Assembly (NCBI GenBank): GCA_951406725.2
Contig: OX597825.1
Coordinates: 45,508,001-45,572,000, forward strand
Source of the DNA: Octopus vulgaris
Taxonomy: Eukaryota
Direction of reading: 5' to 3'
Length of the DNA: 64,000 bases
Shown piece by piece: positions 33,928 to 47,194 of this stretch; within the stretch, counting starts at the first letter, position 1; each line of letters opens with the position of its first letter. Under the pieces are notes generated by a model. That model searched no databases. It was not told where the DNA came from and saw nothing but the letters and a program-made list of their open reading frames with translations. The translations under genes were made by a program, and so were the position numbers.

Positions 33928-34745
33928 CATCATCATCATCATCATCATCGTTTAACGTCCGTTTTCCGCGCTAGCACGGGTTGGACGGTTCGACCGGGGT
34001 CTGGGAAGCCAGGGGCCGCTCCAGTTTGATCTGGCAGAGTTTCTACGGCTGGATGCCCTTCCTAACGCCAACCACTCCGTGAGTGGAGTGGGTGCTTTTT
34101 ACGTGCCACCTGCACAGGGGCCGGGGGGTCCGGCATCGGTCGCGATCGGTTCGAGCTTTTAACGTGCCAGCGGCATGGGGGGCAACGGGATCCGGGGTAC
34201 TTTGGGGGGGTGGGGAAGGTTGGGGGGTAAGGAGGAACGATGGCAGGAAGGGTTGGTGCAGGTTCATAAGAAATAAAAACGTAGGATATTACGAGGCGTG
34301 GAGGGGACTGGAAGGAGATAGTAGGATTGAGGCAGTGTCAGATTCAAAACAGGAGGAAGCGTAAGATCAGTGGGCGGTTGATGAGCTGTGATGCTAGCAG
34401 CTTGACTTTTCACAGTGAAAGCATATGAGGAGAAGGGGTAGGAAGGGGTGGTGGGGGAGGAGGAGGGAGTATCCGGTGTAGATGGTGAGAACAGTGTTCA
34501 CCGGTATTGGTATTGGTGGTGGGGGTGGGAGGGCGGGCGCACGGCGCACTGGGAGAAGATGAGATTTTGGCGGCAGAAAGAAAGACAGGATTTGAGATGG
34601 AATGCTTTGCGATCGTGTGCATAAGTTTCTATGAGTGGAAGTTGGGAAAAGATGGGTTAGAGAATTAAGCGACAGAAAGAAAGACCAGATTTGAGACGAG
34701 ATGTTTTTGCGGCCGTGTGAGTTTTTGTGAGTGAAAGTTTATATG
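33928..34745 (-). mobile_element. Second copy of the composite RTE-tailed element, with a different 5' repeat
   Basis: Collinear with 15928-17014 up to gggcgggcgcac (~34542), then two ~100-bp repeats (cagaaagaaagac..gatttgaga) at ~34573 and ~34673. Confidence 0.78.
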
Positions 34746-34906
34746 CTTCAGCTAGCATTTGAGACGAAAGACAACGATAACGCTAATATATGGGGAAACA
34801 ATAATAATAAGAAGGCTTGATGGTGATGATGATACTTGCAAAAACAATGAAAAGAGGAACAGGACTTAGCTGATATTTTTCATCCTGCGTATTGGCTAAG
34901 CCTGTG

Positions 34907-34960
<54 letters not shown>

Positions 34961-36191
34961 AAATAAATATAATATAAATAATATATAAGTATATGCATAT
35001 ATACATATATGTACATACCTACAATATATGTATATATACATGCATATATGGGTGCAGGACATCAAAAAAATATGCACAAAAAGAGAAATGAGAACATATA
35101 TAAAAACAGAGAAGATGAAAAATTTTCGAACAATGAAAGAAACAAATAGAGAAATGAGACAGGCAACATAAAGAACATTCCCTTCATCAGTTGTCCCCTG
35201 TTTTTTCTACTCTGTGTTTTGAAGGTAGGGACAAGATGCAACTTTGTTAAAACAGTCCTTCCCGCAAAGCAAATTAAATAAAATTTGGGATTTTTTGTGG
35301 TACCCCAGCATGACTACAGTCTAGTGACTGAATCTAGTAAAATATATGTATGTATATATGTATGTATGTATGCATGCATGTACACACAAGTATATATGTG
35401 TAGACAAATGTATGTGGGTGTGTGTGCACATATATGTGTGTGTGTTACAAAGCACTAAGAGCTGTAAGGAAGCACATGTCCATATACTGATGAGAGAGTT
35501 AACCACCCCACAGTGAGTGAGATCACTATACCAGTTTAATTTTGATTGAAATTAAAGCTCATCAATAGTGACTACATCCCTACTGTCAATATATAGTATT
35601 TACCGTATGAATCAACAGCTGATTCAGCAAAATGATAATGTGAAAATTATAAAATAACAAAGAAGACTATACGCAATATAAAACCAAAAAGGAAAAATTT
35701 AATTGTCACTGATTGTGACTGACAGTGCAGGATAGCACCTGCATTGCTTGAAATAAGAGTTAAAAATCCCTTAGAGCTGCAAACGAAACTTGATTTGTAT
35801 AGTAATCTTGCTCATTGTGAAGCAGTTATCTCTCTGTCAGTGCATAGACATGTGCTTTCTTGCGACTCTAATGGGTTTTTTTAAAACTCCTATTTCTAGC
35901 AATGTAGATGCTACCCTGCACCATCAGTCAGAGTTAGTGTCAACTGAATTTTTCATTTTTTGCTTTATATTACATATAACCGCCTTCCTTATTTTATGAT
36001 TTACGCATTACCATTTTCTTGAATCATCCATTGATTCATTCATTAAACACTATATATTGACAGTTAGGATTTATCCAACCCATTCAGCAATGGAGTCAGT
36101 CACAGTTAGTGACAATTGAATTTTATATTTTCAGTTTTATATTGTGTACAGCTGCCTTTATTATTATATAAAGATAAATGTATGTGTGTGT

Positions 36192-36241
<50 letters not shown>

Positions 36242-36259
36242 TAACATCATCATAAAATA

Positions 36260-37890
36260 TATATCATCATTGTCCTAGGCTGATAAGCTGAGAGACTGCA
36301 CCAGACTACAGTCTGATTTGATATGGTTATTACAGCTAGATGCCCTTCCTAACACCAATCACTCTAAGAGTGTAATGGGTGCTTTTACATGTCACTGGCA
36401 CAGATGCCAGTTGTATGACGCCAGTATCTGCTATTACTATGATTTAACTTGGCTTGATAGGTCTTCTTCTCAAGCACAGCATATTGCCAACAGTCTTGGT
36501 CATTTGTCATTGTCTCCATGAGGCCTGGCACTCGAAATGTGCTTTTGACGTGCTACCGGCATGAGTGCTAGTTACACAACACTGGCATTGGCCACATTGC
36601 CTCTGTGATGCCCAGTGTTTGAAAGCTTTTTATGTGCCACCAGCATGAGTGCCAGTCACATGACACCAAACAACAGCCACAACTATGATTTCACTTGGTT
36701 TAACAGATCTTCTCAAACACGGCATATCTCCAAAGGTTTCAGTCACTTATCATTGCCTCTGTAAGGCCGAATGTTCGAAGATCATGCTTCAGCACCTTGT
36801 CTCATGTCTTCCTAGGTCTCCCTCTTCAACAGCTGTCCGCATCCATATGCATCACATGATCATACCAATGCAGAGGTCTCTCTTACACTCCACATCTGAT
36901 GTCTTTTATGCCCCAACTTCTCTCTCAAGATGTTTACACTTTGTTGTACATGCATACTGACATTGTACATCCAGCAAAGCACACTAGCTTCATTTCTTTC
37001 AAGCCTACGCATGTCCTCAGCTGTCACAGCCCATGTTTCACTGCCATGTAGCATAGCTGTTTGCACACAGGCATCATACAGTCTGCTTTTCACTCTGAGG
37101 GAGAGGCCCTTTGTTACCAACAGAGGTAGGAGCTCTCTGAATTTTGCCCTACCTATTCTTATTCTTGCAGCTATGCTTTCAGAGCAACTACTCCTACCAC
37201 TAACTTGGTCACCTAGATAACAGAAGCTATCAACTAATTCTAGTTTTCCCACCAGCATTTGATGGAGTCTATTTTCTGTACATTTTTAGTGTTAATTGTA
37301 CCTGTGCATCTTCCACATAGGAAAACTATTTTCCCTGTTAACCTTCCTCTGATATTGCTGCCCCTATCCGTAACTTACACCAGGTTCATCTTATGGAATT
37401 TGTACCTATGCCTTTCCTACAGATTGAGCAGGGCCATCTGCCTGAAGGGATTTGTGATTTGTCTGCCTTCCAAATTACTAGGACTGATCCTTGGTGAACC
37501 CCTACTTGTACTCTGAATTCTTTGCTATACTTGTTGCCAACCTTCATCTTACTGCTATCATCTCTCTACATGGCTTGTACAGCTCTCACCAACCACTCAT
37601 CTATCCTTAGTCTGCATTGACCACCAGATAAGGGATCAGAGAACCCTGACAAAGGCTTTCTCCATGTCAACAAAAGCCAAGTACACAGGTTTATCTTTGG
37701 CTAGATATTTCTCCTACAGCTGCCTTACCAGAAATATAGCATCAGTGGTGCTTCTCTCTGATGCAAAACCAAACTGTATCTCATCTAGACTCTGTCCTTA
37801 ATTAGTTGGGCTACAAACCTCTCTGTGACTTTCATCACCTGATCCAACAATTTGATACCTCTGTAATTCTTTCTGCCTAAGGCATCACCA
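36260..37890 (-). mobile_element. Degenerate RTE LINE (the family that donates the (GAT)n tail)
   Basis: FCYLGD, AKFRELLPLL and MLHGSETW, with 3' UTR similarity to 44117-44578. Confidence 0.8.
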
Positions 37891-37894
37891 ATTA

Positions 37895-39770
37895 TAGCTG
37901 GCCCAGCATGCCCTACCCACTGTCTAAGCAATTTCATCGCCATTATTTTAAAACCACTATGTACCTACATACCCAGCTTCATTCGGGATGACATCAATTT
38001 TCTATCCCATCTTCCTAAAACCACTGAAACAAATTCAATCCTACTAAGCTTTGATGTAGTAAGCCTTTACACCAATATCCCACATGATTTAGGAATAAAG
38101 GCAATCAAATACTGGGCATAAATATAGAGAAGCAATTCCCAAAAGATTCACAGTGACATTTATATTAGACTCAGTCAGATTTATTCTGGAAAACAACACT
38201 TTCTTCTTCAATGGAAAGGGAAAACAACACTTTCTTCTTCAATGGAAAGAACTACATCCAAATAAAAGGTACAGCAATGGGAATGAGGTTTGCTCCCGTT
38301 TATGCAAACTTGGTGATGGGATACTTAGAGCAAAAGCTCTACCAGGAAACAGAGGAGAGATACAGCACTGAATTTAGGAAGTATATTGAAAAAGCATGGA
38401 GGAGATACCTCAACGATTGCTTCATAATCTGGACAAGATCTCAAAACACTGTGGAAGAATTCAACATCCTCCTGAACAACCTACACCCATCAATCCAATT
38501 TACAAAGGAGATGAGCAGTACCAAATTACCATTTCTAGATATAATGATGATTAAAAAGAACACCGCCATTACCACATATATTATAAACACACAGATACAC
38601 ACCAATACCTGAATTTTAAATCGTGCCATCCACCGCATACAAAACGTAACATCCCATACTGCTTAGCCAGAAGAATCTGTACTATTGTAGAGAATCAAAA
38701 GACCAGAAATCAGCACCTGATGGAACTGAAAGAATTTCTGCTGAAACAAAAATACCCATCCCTACTTATAGAAAATGGTATTCAGCGGGCTATGAAAATA
38801 CCCAATCACTGAGGACACCACAAAGAAGAGAAAAACAAGAACAAATCATACCATTTATAGTGACACACAATCCATGACACCAGAACATCTTCAATATCGC
38901 TAAAGTAAGCCTACTAATCATTGCACAAAGTAGGGAATTGAGAAATATCATTACAGATCAAACTATAACTCTCAGTAAGAGACGGCCTAAAAGCTTGAAA
39001 AAGTTATTAACAAAGGCAAGATCAACCATTCACTGTGTCTAAATGAAATGATAGCCAATGCGGTACATGCCAATTAATTCATACCGGCCCATATATGAAC
39101 ACAAAAACTGGGAAAATATTCACAAACGCGAACATGAACTGCAAAAGCAGAAATTTAATCTACTGCATCAAATGCCCAAATTGTGAAGAACTGTATGTTG
39201 GCCAGACAGGTAATGCACTATCAGAACGCTCGACAACAAATTAAAAACCCAGAAGTCTGCCAAATACCACTGAGTAACCATCTGGCAACGTGGTCGGAAA
39301 ACTTTTATGATATTCCCATTTCATAATCTTTACAACCTGAATGAAATTCAGAGAAAAGGACTTTATTAAGAAATTCAAACCCAAGCTTAACAAACAATGG
39401 TTAAATTAATCTTATTTTGGGGTTTAAAAATCTTATCCCTATAACTAAAACACAAAAACTCTCTAAAAAGTACTGCTGTCATCATTTCTAAAAATAGACA
39501 TTGAAAAATGGTTTGGCATCATCTCTAAAAATAGCCAAACAACTACTACTGCTGTCCTCAGGAACGTATATAAAGGACAAAAGACAGCCAGTCAATTACA
39601 GTTGAAACATTCTTGTCACAACCTGGGACCTTGAAGACTGCTTAAATGCAAGAAAGTATACTAGTCCCTAAATATTTGATATTCAATATTTCATATATTC
39701 AATAAGACAATCAATACTTCATTTCATTTTACTAGATATACTATTTATACTATATTTTCTATATTCTACA
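37895..39770 (+). mobile_element. Degenerate Penelope-like element (RT + GIY-YIG, Neptune-like Cys linker)
   Basis: SFDVVSLYTNI, GTAMG..FAP.YANL, RRYLND, LPFLD; then CKS.NLIYCIKC..C...YVGQT near 39140-39210. Confidence 0.88.
39625..39668 (+). ncRNA. Minimal type I hammerhead-like motif in the PLE 3' region
   Basis: GGGAC-CTTGAAGA-CTGC ttaaat GCAA-GAAA-GTATAC-TA-GTCCC. Confidence 0.65.
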
Positions 39771-39831
39771 TTAATATTATAAAGAATATAAATAAAACAA
39801 AAAAACAGACAGAGTTGGAATTCCTTTGAAT

Positions 39832-39861
<30 letters not shown>

Positions 39862-39862
<1 letters not shown>

Positions 39863-40241
39863 CTAGCAGTATCACCTAGTGTTGCTTGGGTTTGTTTCGA
39901 CCCTTTAGAATTGGAATTTTTGAAAAGTAAAAATTTTGCATTATGCAACTTGTTATTCTCTTCAAGTGAACATTTTTCCAGTTGAAATACACCAAAAAAT
40001 GGTGACACAACAGTCAAAACTTGTAAAAAGTAGGGATTTTCATAGAAAAAAAGCACCTTTTTGATGTAAATAATTTTTGGTGTTAACATGGTCCGATTTG
40101 AATTTTATCTTCTACAGAATTTTATCTTCTATCATACTCTCAATTTTGGTCAACTTGCGCTGCAGGGTCTTGAAGGAGATAGTGTTAATTGAAAGCTACC
40201 AAACCTGCCACACACAGACAACTTCAGCTTTATATATAGAG
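39862..40241 (-). mobile_element. Short non-autonomous Helitron
   Basis: Minus strand starts tctctatatataaagc and ends cccaagcaacactaggtgatactgCTAG, similar to the 3' end at 23155-23182. Confidence 0.7.
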
Positions 40242-40439
40242 ATTTGCTACACACTACTTTTCATCCTTAATAATGAAACTTGGTAGATCCAAAAGTTAAA
40301 CACACAGACACACAAGTTGAGTTTTACATATATAGATTTCTCAACGGGGATTTCAGGGGAGTGTTTCAGGGAGTCGTTGGCTGTGTATTGTGATGATCAA
40401 AAATCCGGCCTGCTAAAATTTGGTTAAAGTGATTCAAAC

Positions 40440-41201
40440 TGCAGACTCAACGCAAAATGGTCACATTTAATTCAAAGCGTTAAAAATGTTATGAAAACAA
40501 TTGGTATGTGTTCACAAAGTCCACGAACTTGTCATTTGGAGAGAACAGTGGCTGCAGGTTCATTTTAGAGATGAATCAAAGTTTAATGTGATTGGTTCCA
40601 ATGACAGTATGTACATCCAATGAAGTGGCAAAATATTATCTCGTGCATGTGTGAAGAAGACAGTGAAATATAGAGGAAGCAGTGTAATGCTATGGAGAGT
40701 GATCTCTGGTCCTGGTCCACTTATTTGCCTACAAGGGACTGTCAATGATGAAATCTACAAGCAGATTCTAAGACAATATGCCCTTCCACATCTCCGACCT
40801 TATCAGTTCAACCTCTTATTTTTGTGCAGGACAATGCTCCCTGTCACACTGCGAAGAGAGTCAAAAATTTTTTGAGTGATGAAGGGATTGATCTCATGGA
40901 CTGGCCACCTCAAAGTCCTGATCTCAACCCTATTGAAAATGTTTGGAAGATTATTGGAGATGGGGCATGAAGGAGAAATCCAAAGAACTAAGATGAACTC
41001 TGTGAATTATTGAAAAATGAATGGAACAATATTACTCCGTCATTTTGTAAGGAATTAATTCAGTCCTGTGATAATAGATGTCAGGAGATTATTGATAGTA
41101 AAGGGATGTTCACAAAATATTAATAGTAAGGGTTTCTTTTTTTGTCCTTGTTCCATTTTTCATTTTTTTCCTAAGTGACCCTTAACTTTTGACCATTGCA
41201 G
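40440..41201 (+). mobile_element. Tc1-like transposase remnant
   Basis: F.DESKFN, VK..G.SVMLW, QDNAPCH and WPPQSPDLNPIENVW, spread across frameshifts. Confidence 0.85.
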
Positions 41202-42789
41202 TTTGGAAGATTATTTGTTTATTTCGTCATAACTTATGAAAGATTTATTCCATTCACTTGGAATTTTCACGAAAGATAGATATTAGATATATTTAAATTA
41301 CATGGGAAAATGCGAGCAAGAGAAATAATATTCTTAAGATTATAGACTTGGAAAAGTTCAGGAAAAGTTATTACATCTACTTAAAATATTGCAGCTAGGG
41401 ATAAAATTTCAAATAAAATATTTAAATTTAGAAAATATTAGCTTTCATTAAAACTAAAAATTTTATTACAAGTTATTACTTCTATTTGTTATTGTTACTT
41501 CTATTAAAAATAAAAGATAACTCAAAATATTTTTTGCACTTTAAAAAATTCATTTTTTTAATTATTAATTATTAGAAATTTGAAAATAGGTTATAAAAAA
41601 TAATAGTACTACATTAAATAGAATACAAAAATTAGCTATATATTACAGTAAAATCTACCTATGACAAATTCAGAGTAAAATTTGCTTGAGTTAATTGCCT
41701 CAGTCATTGCCAAGTCTTCACATTTTAGTCTTGACCCATTACCTGTTTTTTACATAATGAATTTGCCTACTGTATATACTGTTCTACTTTGCATAAAACT
41801 TCAGCTATATTGGTACTTCTGGCTCTCCTTTTTTAAGTATTCTAGTGTGTCCATATTTTAACAAAATGATGGTACCCTTTTTTAATCACAATGTTACTGT
41901 GTAAATTAGAATCAAATAATTTTTCATATTCAGATTTTATCCTTAGCTGCAATATTTTAAGTGAAAATTTTCTTGTTCTGTACTTTACCAGATGTAATAA
42001 CTTGTCCTGTACTTTTCCAAGTTTGTAATCTTAAAAATATTATTTCTCTTGCTCACATTTTTCCATGTAATCCATATTTTTTCCAGGCTATGCTATTATG
42101 TCAATTAATAATCTGCCAAATGTGTCAATTAGCGGTGTCGTTGATAAATTTTTTTCCATACCTCAATGATGCCAGTGACATATATTAAAAGTCCCTTATA
42201 GAACTATATTCATAAAAAAGTATACCACCTTCAAATTTGAGAAACAAACACTAATAACTTTTTCTTTTAAAACTTCATTGCATGAGATTGATACCATGAA
42301 ATTCCTCAAATTGAACTCTATCTTAAGCTTAATTAAAATATAATTTGTTTTTAAAATAGAAAAGTTAATTATACTTAAATCCAATTTTTTGCCTTTTTAA
42401 ATTTTTTTTTTAATATTTTACCTTACAACTCTTTTGATAGACATTTTTGTTGCATGGGATCAAAACTATGAAATTATTCATGCTTTCCTCTAACATTGAA
42501 GCTAAGATAAAAATATTTTTCTTTTAAAATAAAAGTTATTCAGATCTATAACATTGCTATAAATTTTGATGTAAACTTTTCTCTACTGGACCAAATCTCA
42601 ATTTTTTAATGCCAAAATGTAGCTAGGGACCAGTCCTCTTCAAAAATGTTAAACGTTTTCAATTTTGTTAAAAACTGAATTAGCGACAAGCTCTGAAAGA
42701 TGCAGCATGTAAGTAAATTGCTGCCTTAAAAATATTATTCAACTACTACCGTAGTTGAATGACTGAATATGTAAAAGTGCCTGTCCAAC

Positions 42790-43015
42790 AGTGATTTCAT
42801 CAGCCATACTCTCAACAATATGCTCTTAAATATGGTTTCTGATTACAAATATCTTGGGTCATACATATCATCATCTGAAAAAGATTTTCTAACTAGAAAG
42901 GGTATGGCCTGGTCAGCCTGTAATGATATGCATAAGATCTGGTCATCAAATCTAAGTAGAGATTTCAAACTTAAAATCTTCAAAGCCACAGTCGAACCAA
43001 TTCTACTATATGGCT
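42790..43015 (+). mobile_element. Non-LTR RT C-terminal fragment
   Basis: DYKYLGSYI...KLKIFKATVEPILLYG. Confidence 0.7.
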
Positions 43016-43391
43016 TTATAACAATGCTTGCCCACACGTTTCCCTAATGATGCTCCAGAAGTTGAGGGAACTTGGCTGTGAAATTCTTCCCCACCCAGCT
43101 TATTCCCCAGACCTTTCTACTACCGACTACCACTTTTTCAAGCACTTTGATGGTTTTCTGCGAGGAAGGAGTTCAAAAATCAAATTGATGCTGAAAGTGC
43201 ATTCAAAGAGTTCATCAGCTTCAGAACTCCAGATTTTTATGTTACTGGAATAAACAAACTTGTAACTCGTTGGCAGAAATGTGTTGATTGTAATAGTACT
43301 TACTTTGATGAATAAAATTGCTGCATTGTTGAAATATACTGTGATGAATTTCACATTTCAAAACATTGCTTACTTTTTACTCAACCTGATA
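43016..43391 (+). mobile_element. mariner 3' fragment with TIR
   Basis: LPHPAYSPDLSTTDYHFF (YSPDL motif); ends acttttta.tcaacctgaTA. Confidence 0.85.
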
Positions 43392-43574
43392 GATATATAC
43401 ACACTCACTCACACATGTGAAATTTGATTTGGATTGTTGGTACTGCTTTCAGAGAAAGAGAGTTTGCTAAGAAAAAGAAGGGAGGGAGAAATTTCCCTTT
43501 AGGAGAGAGAACTGCTCAGGGCTTTTTTTTTTTGTCTTATTATTATGGGATGTCTTTTTCTTATGAAGGTATGA

Positions 43575-44578
43575 AAGAAGGGTGTGCTGAAAGTGTAACT
43601 GCTAGAGTAAGAATAGCTTGGGCAAAGTTCAGAGAGCTCTTACCTCTGCTGGTGACAAAAGGCCTCTCGCTCAGAGTAAAAAGCAGACTGTATGACGCAT
43701 GTGTATGAACAGCCATGCTACATGGCAGTGAAACATGGGCCGTGACCGCTTAGGATATGCGTAAGCTCGCAAGAAATGAAGCCAGTATGCTCCGATAGAT
43801 GTGTAATGTCAGTGTTCATACTCGACAGAGTGTAAGTACCTTGAGAGAAAAGTTGCACCTAAGAAGCATCAGTTGTGGTGTGCAAGAGAGACGTTTGCAC
43901 CGGTATGGTCATGTGGCGAGAATGGATGAAGATAGTTGTGTGAAAAAGTGCCACACCCTAGCAGTTAAGGGAACCTGTGGAAGAGGCAGACCCAGGAAAA
44001 CCTGGGACAAGGTGGTGAAGCACGACCTTCGAACTTTAGGTCTCACCGAGGAAATGACTAGAGACCAAGACCTTTGGAAGTATGATGTGCGTGAGAAGAC
44101 CCGGCAGGACAAGTGAGACCATAACCCGTGGCCTTTTACATGGGATGTAGCCATTCCACATATGCATACCTTTCCTTCTTGGGACACAAAACTCTACTTG
44201 TGAAGACCTGTTGAGGCAAGTGAAAATCCAAAATCAAAATCAAAATCGATCAACATCAATGGAAATTGCAACTGTGATACCAGTGCCCGTGGTATGTAAG
44301 AGAACCATCCGAACGTGGCCGTTGCCAGCACCGCCCTGACTGGCCTCGTGCCGGTGGCACATAAAAAGCACCATCCAATCGTGGCCATTTGCCAGCCTCG
44401 TCTGGCACGTAAAAAGCACCCACTACACTCACGGAGTGGTTGGCGTTAGGAAGGGCATCCAGCCATAGAAACATTGCCAGATCAGACTGGGCCTGGTGCA
44501 GCCTTCTAGCTTCCCAGACCCCAGTTGAACCGTCCAACCCATGCTAGCATGGAAAGCGGACGCTAAACAATGATGATG
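43575..44578 (+). mobile_element. 5'-truncated RTE LINE: ORF end plus 3' UTR ending (GAT)n
   Basis: AWAKFRELLPLL, YGHVARM and GRGRPRKTW; stop at 44116; UTR continues into the tail shared with many fragments in the window. Confidence 0.9.
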
Positions 44579-45279
44579 AAGAAGTGAAGAGATAGAGGAA
44601 GGGTAATGAAAGCCTCAGAGTCATTTAAAATCAAAATTAACACTATACACAATATTATAGATATTTTCTATTTTCTTTAATTCTAACAGTAGGGGAAAGA
44701 CAAAGAAGGAAAGAGATTGAGTGATAAAAAGAGGGAAAGTCTCTTATTTTATTTCTCCCATTTTTTTTTTCCTCTAGTACCTATTCACCTTGTTTGATAG
44801 TTCTTCATGTAGACTTGATTACCATTTTCTCTACAAACTATATGCACATCCCTCTGTGAATATCATATTTCCATGCTGCTTATCATGTGTGAAATTTGAC
44901 TGGCAGCTGTTGGTGCTGCCACCTATGTTTGCTTTCATAGAGGTAGAGAGAAAGAGAGTTTGCTAAGAAATAGAGGGGTGGGAGAAATTTCCTTTAAGGG
45001 GAGAGAACTGCCCAGAGTTTTTTTTTCTTTTCCAATGTTTTTGACAATCTTTTCAAACTTATAATTTAGAAACTCTTATCATTATGAATTTTTAAAAAAG
45101 ATGGCATATAATTTTACAATTGTTGGATTTTTATTTTAGCTCTTTACATAAATCAGAATTTCTTGGTTTTTACGGCATTTTCCCACATTTCAAATTATTC
45201 ACGAGCAGAGCTTCTTTAAAATAAAACTTTTTAATCTATATTTTTTTCAAATGTCTACCCACAATCTCATCGTCACCAC

Positions 45280-45620
45280 TATTTACTCTTTACTCTTTTA
45301 CTTGTTTCAGTCATTTGACTGCGGCCATGCTGGAGCACCGCCTTTAGTCGATCAAATCGACCCCGGAACTTATTCTTTGTAAGCCCAGTACTTATTCTAT
45401 CGGTCTCTTTTGCCGAACCGCTAAGTGGCGGGGACGTAGACACACCAGCATTGGTTGTCAAGCAATGCTAGGGGGACAAACACAGACACACAAACACACA
45501 CACATATATATATACATATATACGACAGGCTTCTTTCAGTTTCCGTCTACCAAATCCACTCACAAGGCATTGGTCGGCCCGGGGCTATAGCAGAAGACAC
45601 TTGCCCAAGATGCCACACAG
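45280..45620 (-). mobile_element. SINE (5'-truncated) with a CR1-type tail
   Basis: Minus strand ends ggcggtgctccagcatggccgcagtcaaatgactgaaacaagtaaaagagta, matching the LINE tail at 1334-1393. Confidence 0.85.
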
Positions 45621-45799
45621 CCACTCCTGCGCCTTGTTTATTTGTTTTTTGTTACTTTTTGTCATGTAGTGCTCCACATTTTGAAACGCTTATAATTTGT
45701 ATTTGTACTGAATAAAATTTGGAAAAGTTATGCATAAATCAGAATTTCTCATTTTTTTTCCTTCATTTCCTTGAATGAAGAGGTGAATGTACAATTTTT

Positions 45800-47194
45800 T
45801 TTTATAAAATTGTGTATTACATGTGTTTCAAAATGTAGAATGCTATAACATTTAAGATATATTGTGCAACATACACAGAACAATCAAATGTAGCAGTTAG
45901 ATGAGTCCCTTTTGCTAGTCAATAAAAGTTTGTTTCTTGCTTATGTTTGCTTCATCAAAAATTAACGTTTGGTTCAAGAGTTGTTATTTGTAAGACAACT
46001 AGAAACAGATACAAAAAGTTGTCAGTATTTCGTTTTTGAGCAGTAAATTGAACACCATTGATGGTAGGTTGTCATTGCATCTTCATCGGTTTATTGAAAA
46101 TGTTATACCTAGTGTGCTTGCATGTGTTGCAAATAACTTAAGTGGTAGACTTAAATTGTTCAGCACACTGTTATCACAACAGTAAATAAAATCAAGGTAC
46201 ATGCTCTCAATTCCTCACTATTTCCACAGCTCTGCATTAAAAATGATAACAATTTTGAACTATTGTTATTGCATACAAAAATTAAATGGATGCTAATGGG
46301 GAACTGCCTGAAAATTTCTAAGCCCTTTTTAAAACAGTTGTTGAAATGTCTAATTCTGTTCTTCGTGATGAACTAAATAACATCAAACAGGACTCACATA
46401 GTTCAATGAAATTAATTTGCAACTGCAAGGAAATAAAGTTAAACCTTATCAAGGTAAAATCAGCTCTCTCCACATTTCTGCCCAAGTTATTTAAATGTAA
46501 CAAAAGCCGTTGTAATTTCTTCCAGTTTCAGAACCTCTCTGAATTTGAAAAGGAAAAGTGCATACCAGAAGATGACATTCAAGTTCACTCCTGGATGAGC
46601 TGCACAGAGACATCTGACAAACTTCAGGATATTTATTTTTGCTTAAAATACCAGTCTGAGCAATTCCTAGATATTGGTAATAAGGAAACAAGAATATTAG
46701 TAGAGGAAGAACTGATTTCACTTTAAAATGATACTGAGTTGAGGCCAAAGATCATATCAGGAATTTTCATTGCAAAAGGATATTTCTGACTGCTACAGAA
46801 CAAAGTGAAGATGTACTTTACTGCCTTCCCAATGTCATATTCAATAGAGCAGGTCTTCAGTACAGCTGCCCAGCTTTTTTCTAAGCCAGGTAAAACCAGA
46901 ATGAAAATTATTCAAAACAGAAATTTAAGACTACATTGGGAAGCTGATATCCCTGCACAATGTACATCCATTGCAATAAAAATATAAAGACATAGTTACA
47001 AGTGAAATGTAAATTTGCCGTTTTGTATTGTTAAAACAACAAAAGAATGGGTTAATTAGGTTATGATTTATTTGTGTAATACACTTATTTTAAATTTGAA
47101 AGAGGTCTATGCTTATGGTGATGTTGTGGGGAAGTGCTAGGAATGTGGTGTGGGAACCAAGGGGTCAGCAGTCTGAAAAAGTTTGGGAACCATT
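45800..47194 (+). mobile_element. Highly degenerate hAT (Charlie/Buster-like) remnant
   Basis: QLDES, ELLF...LETDTK and FPMSYSIEQVFS fragments; end aaaagtttgggaaccattg resembles a CAGTGGTTCCCAAAC-type TIR. Confidence 0.6.

Noticed and set aside
35155-35200. CTGATGA on the minus strand as a hammerhead
   Set aside because: No GAAA or stem III found downstream.
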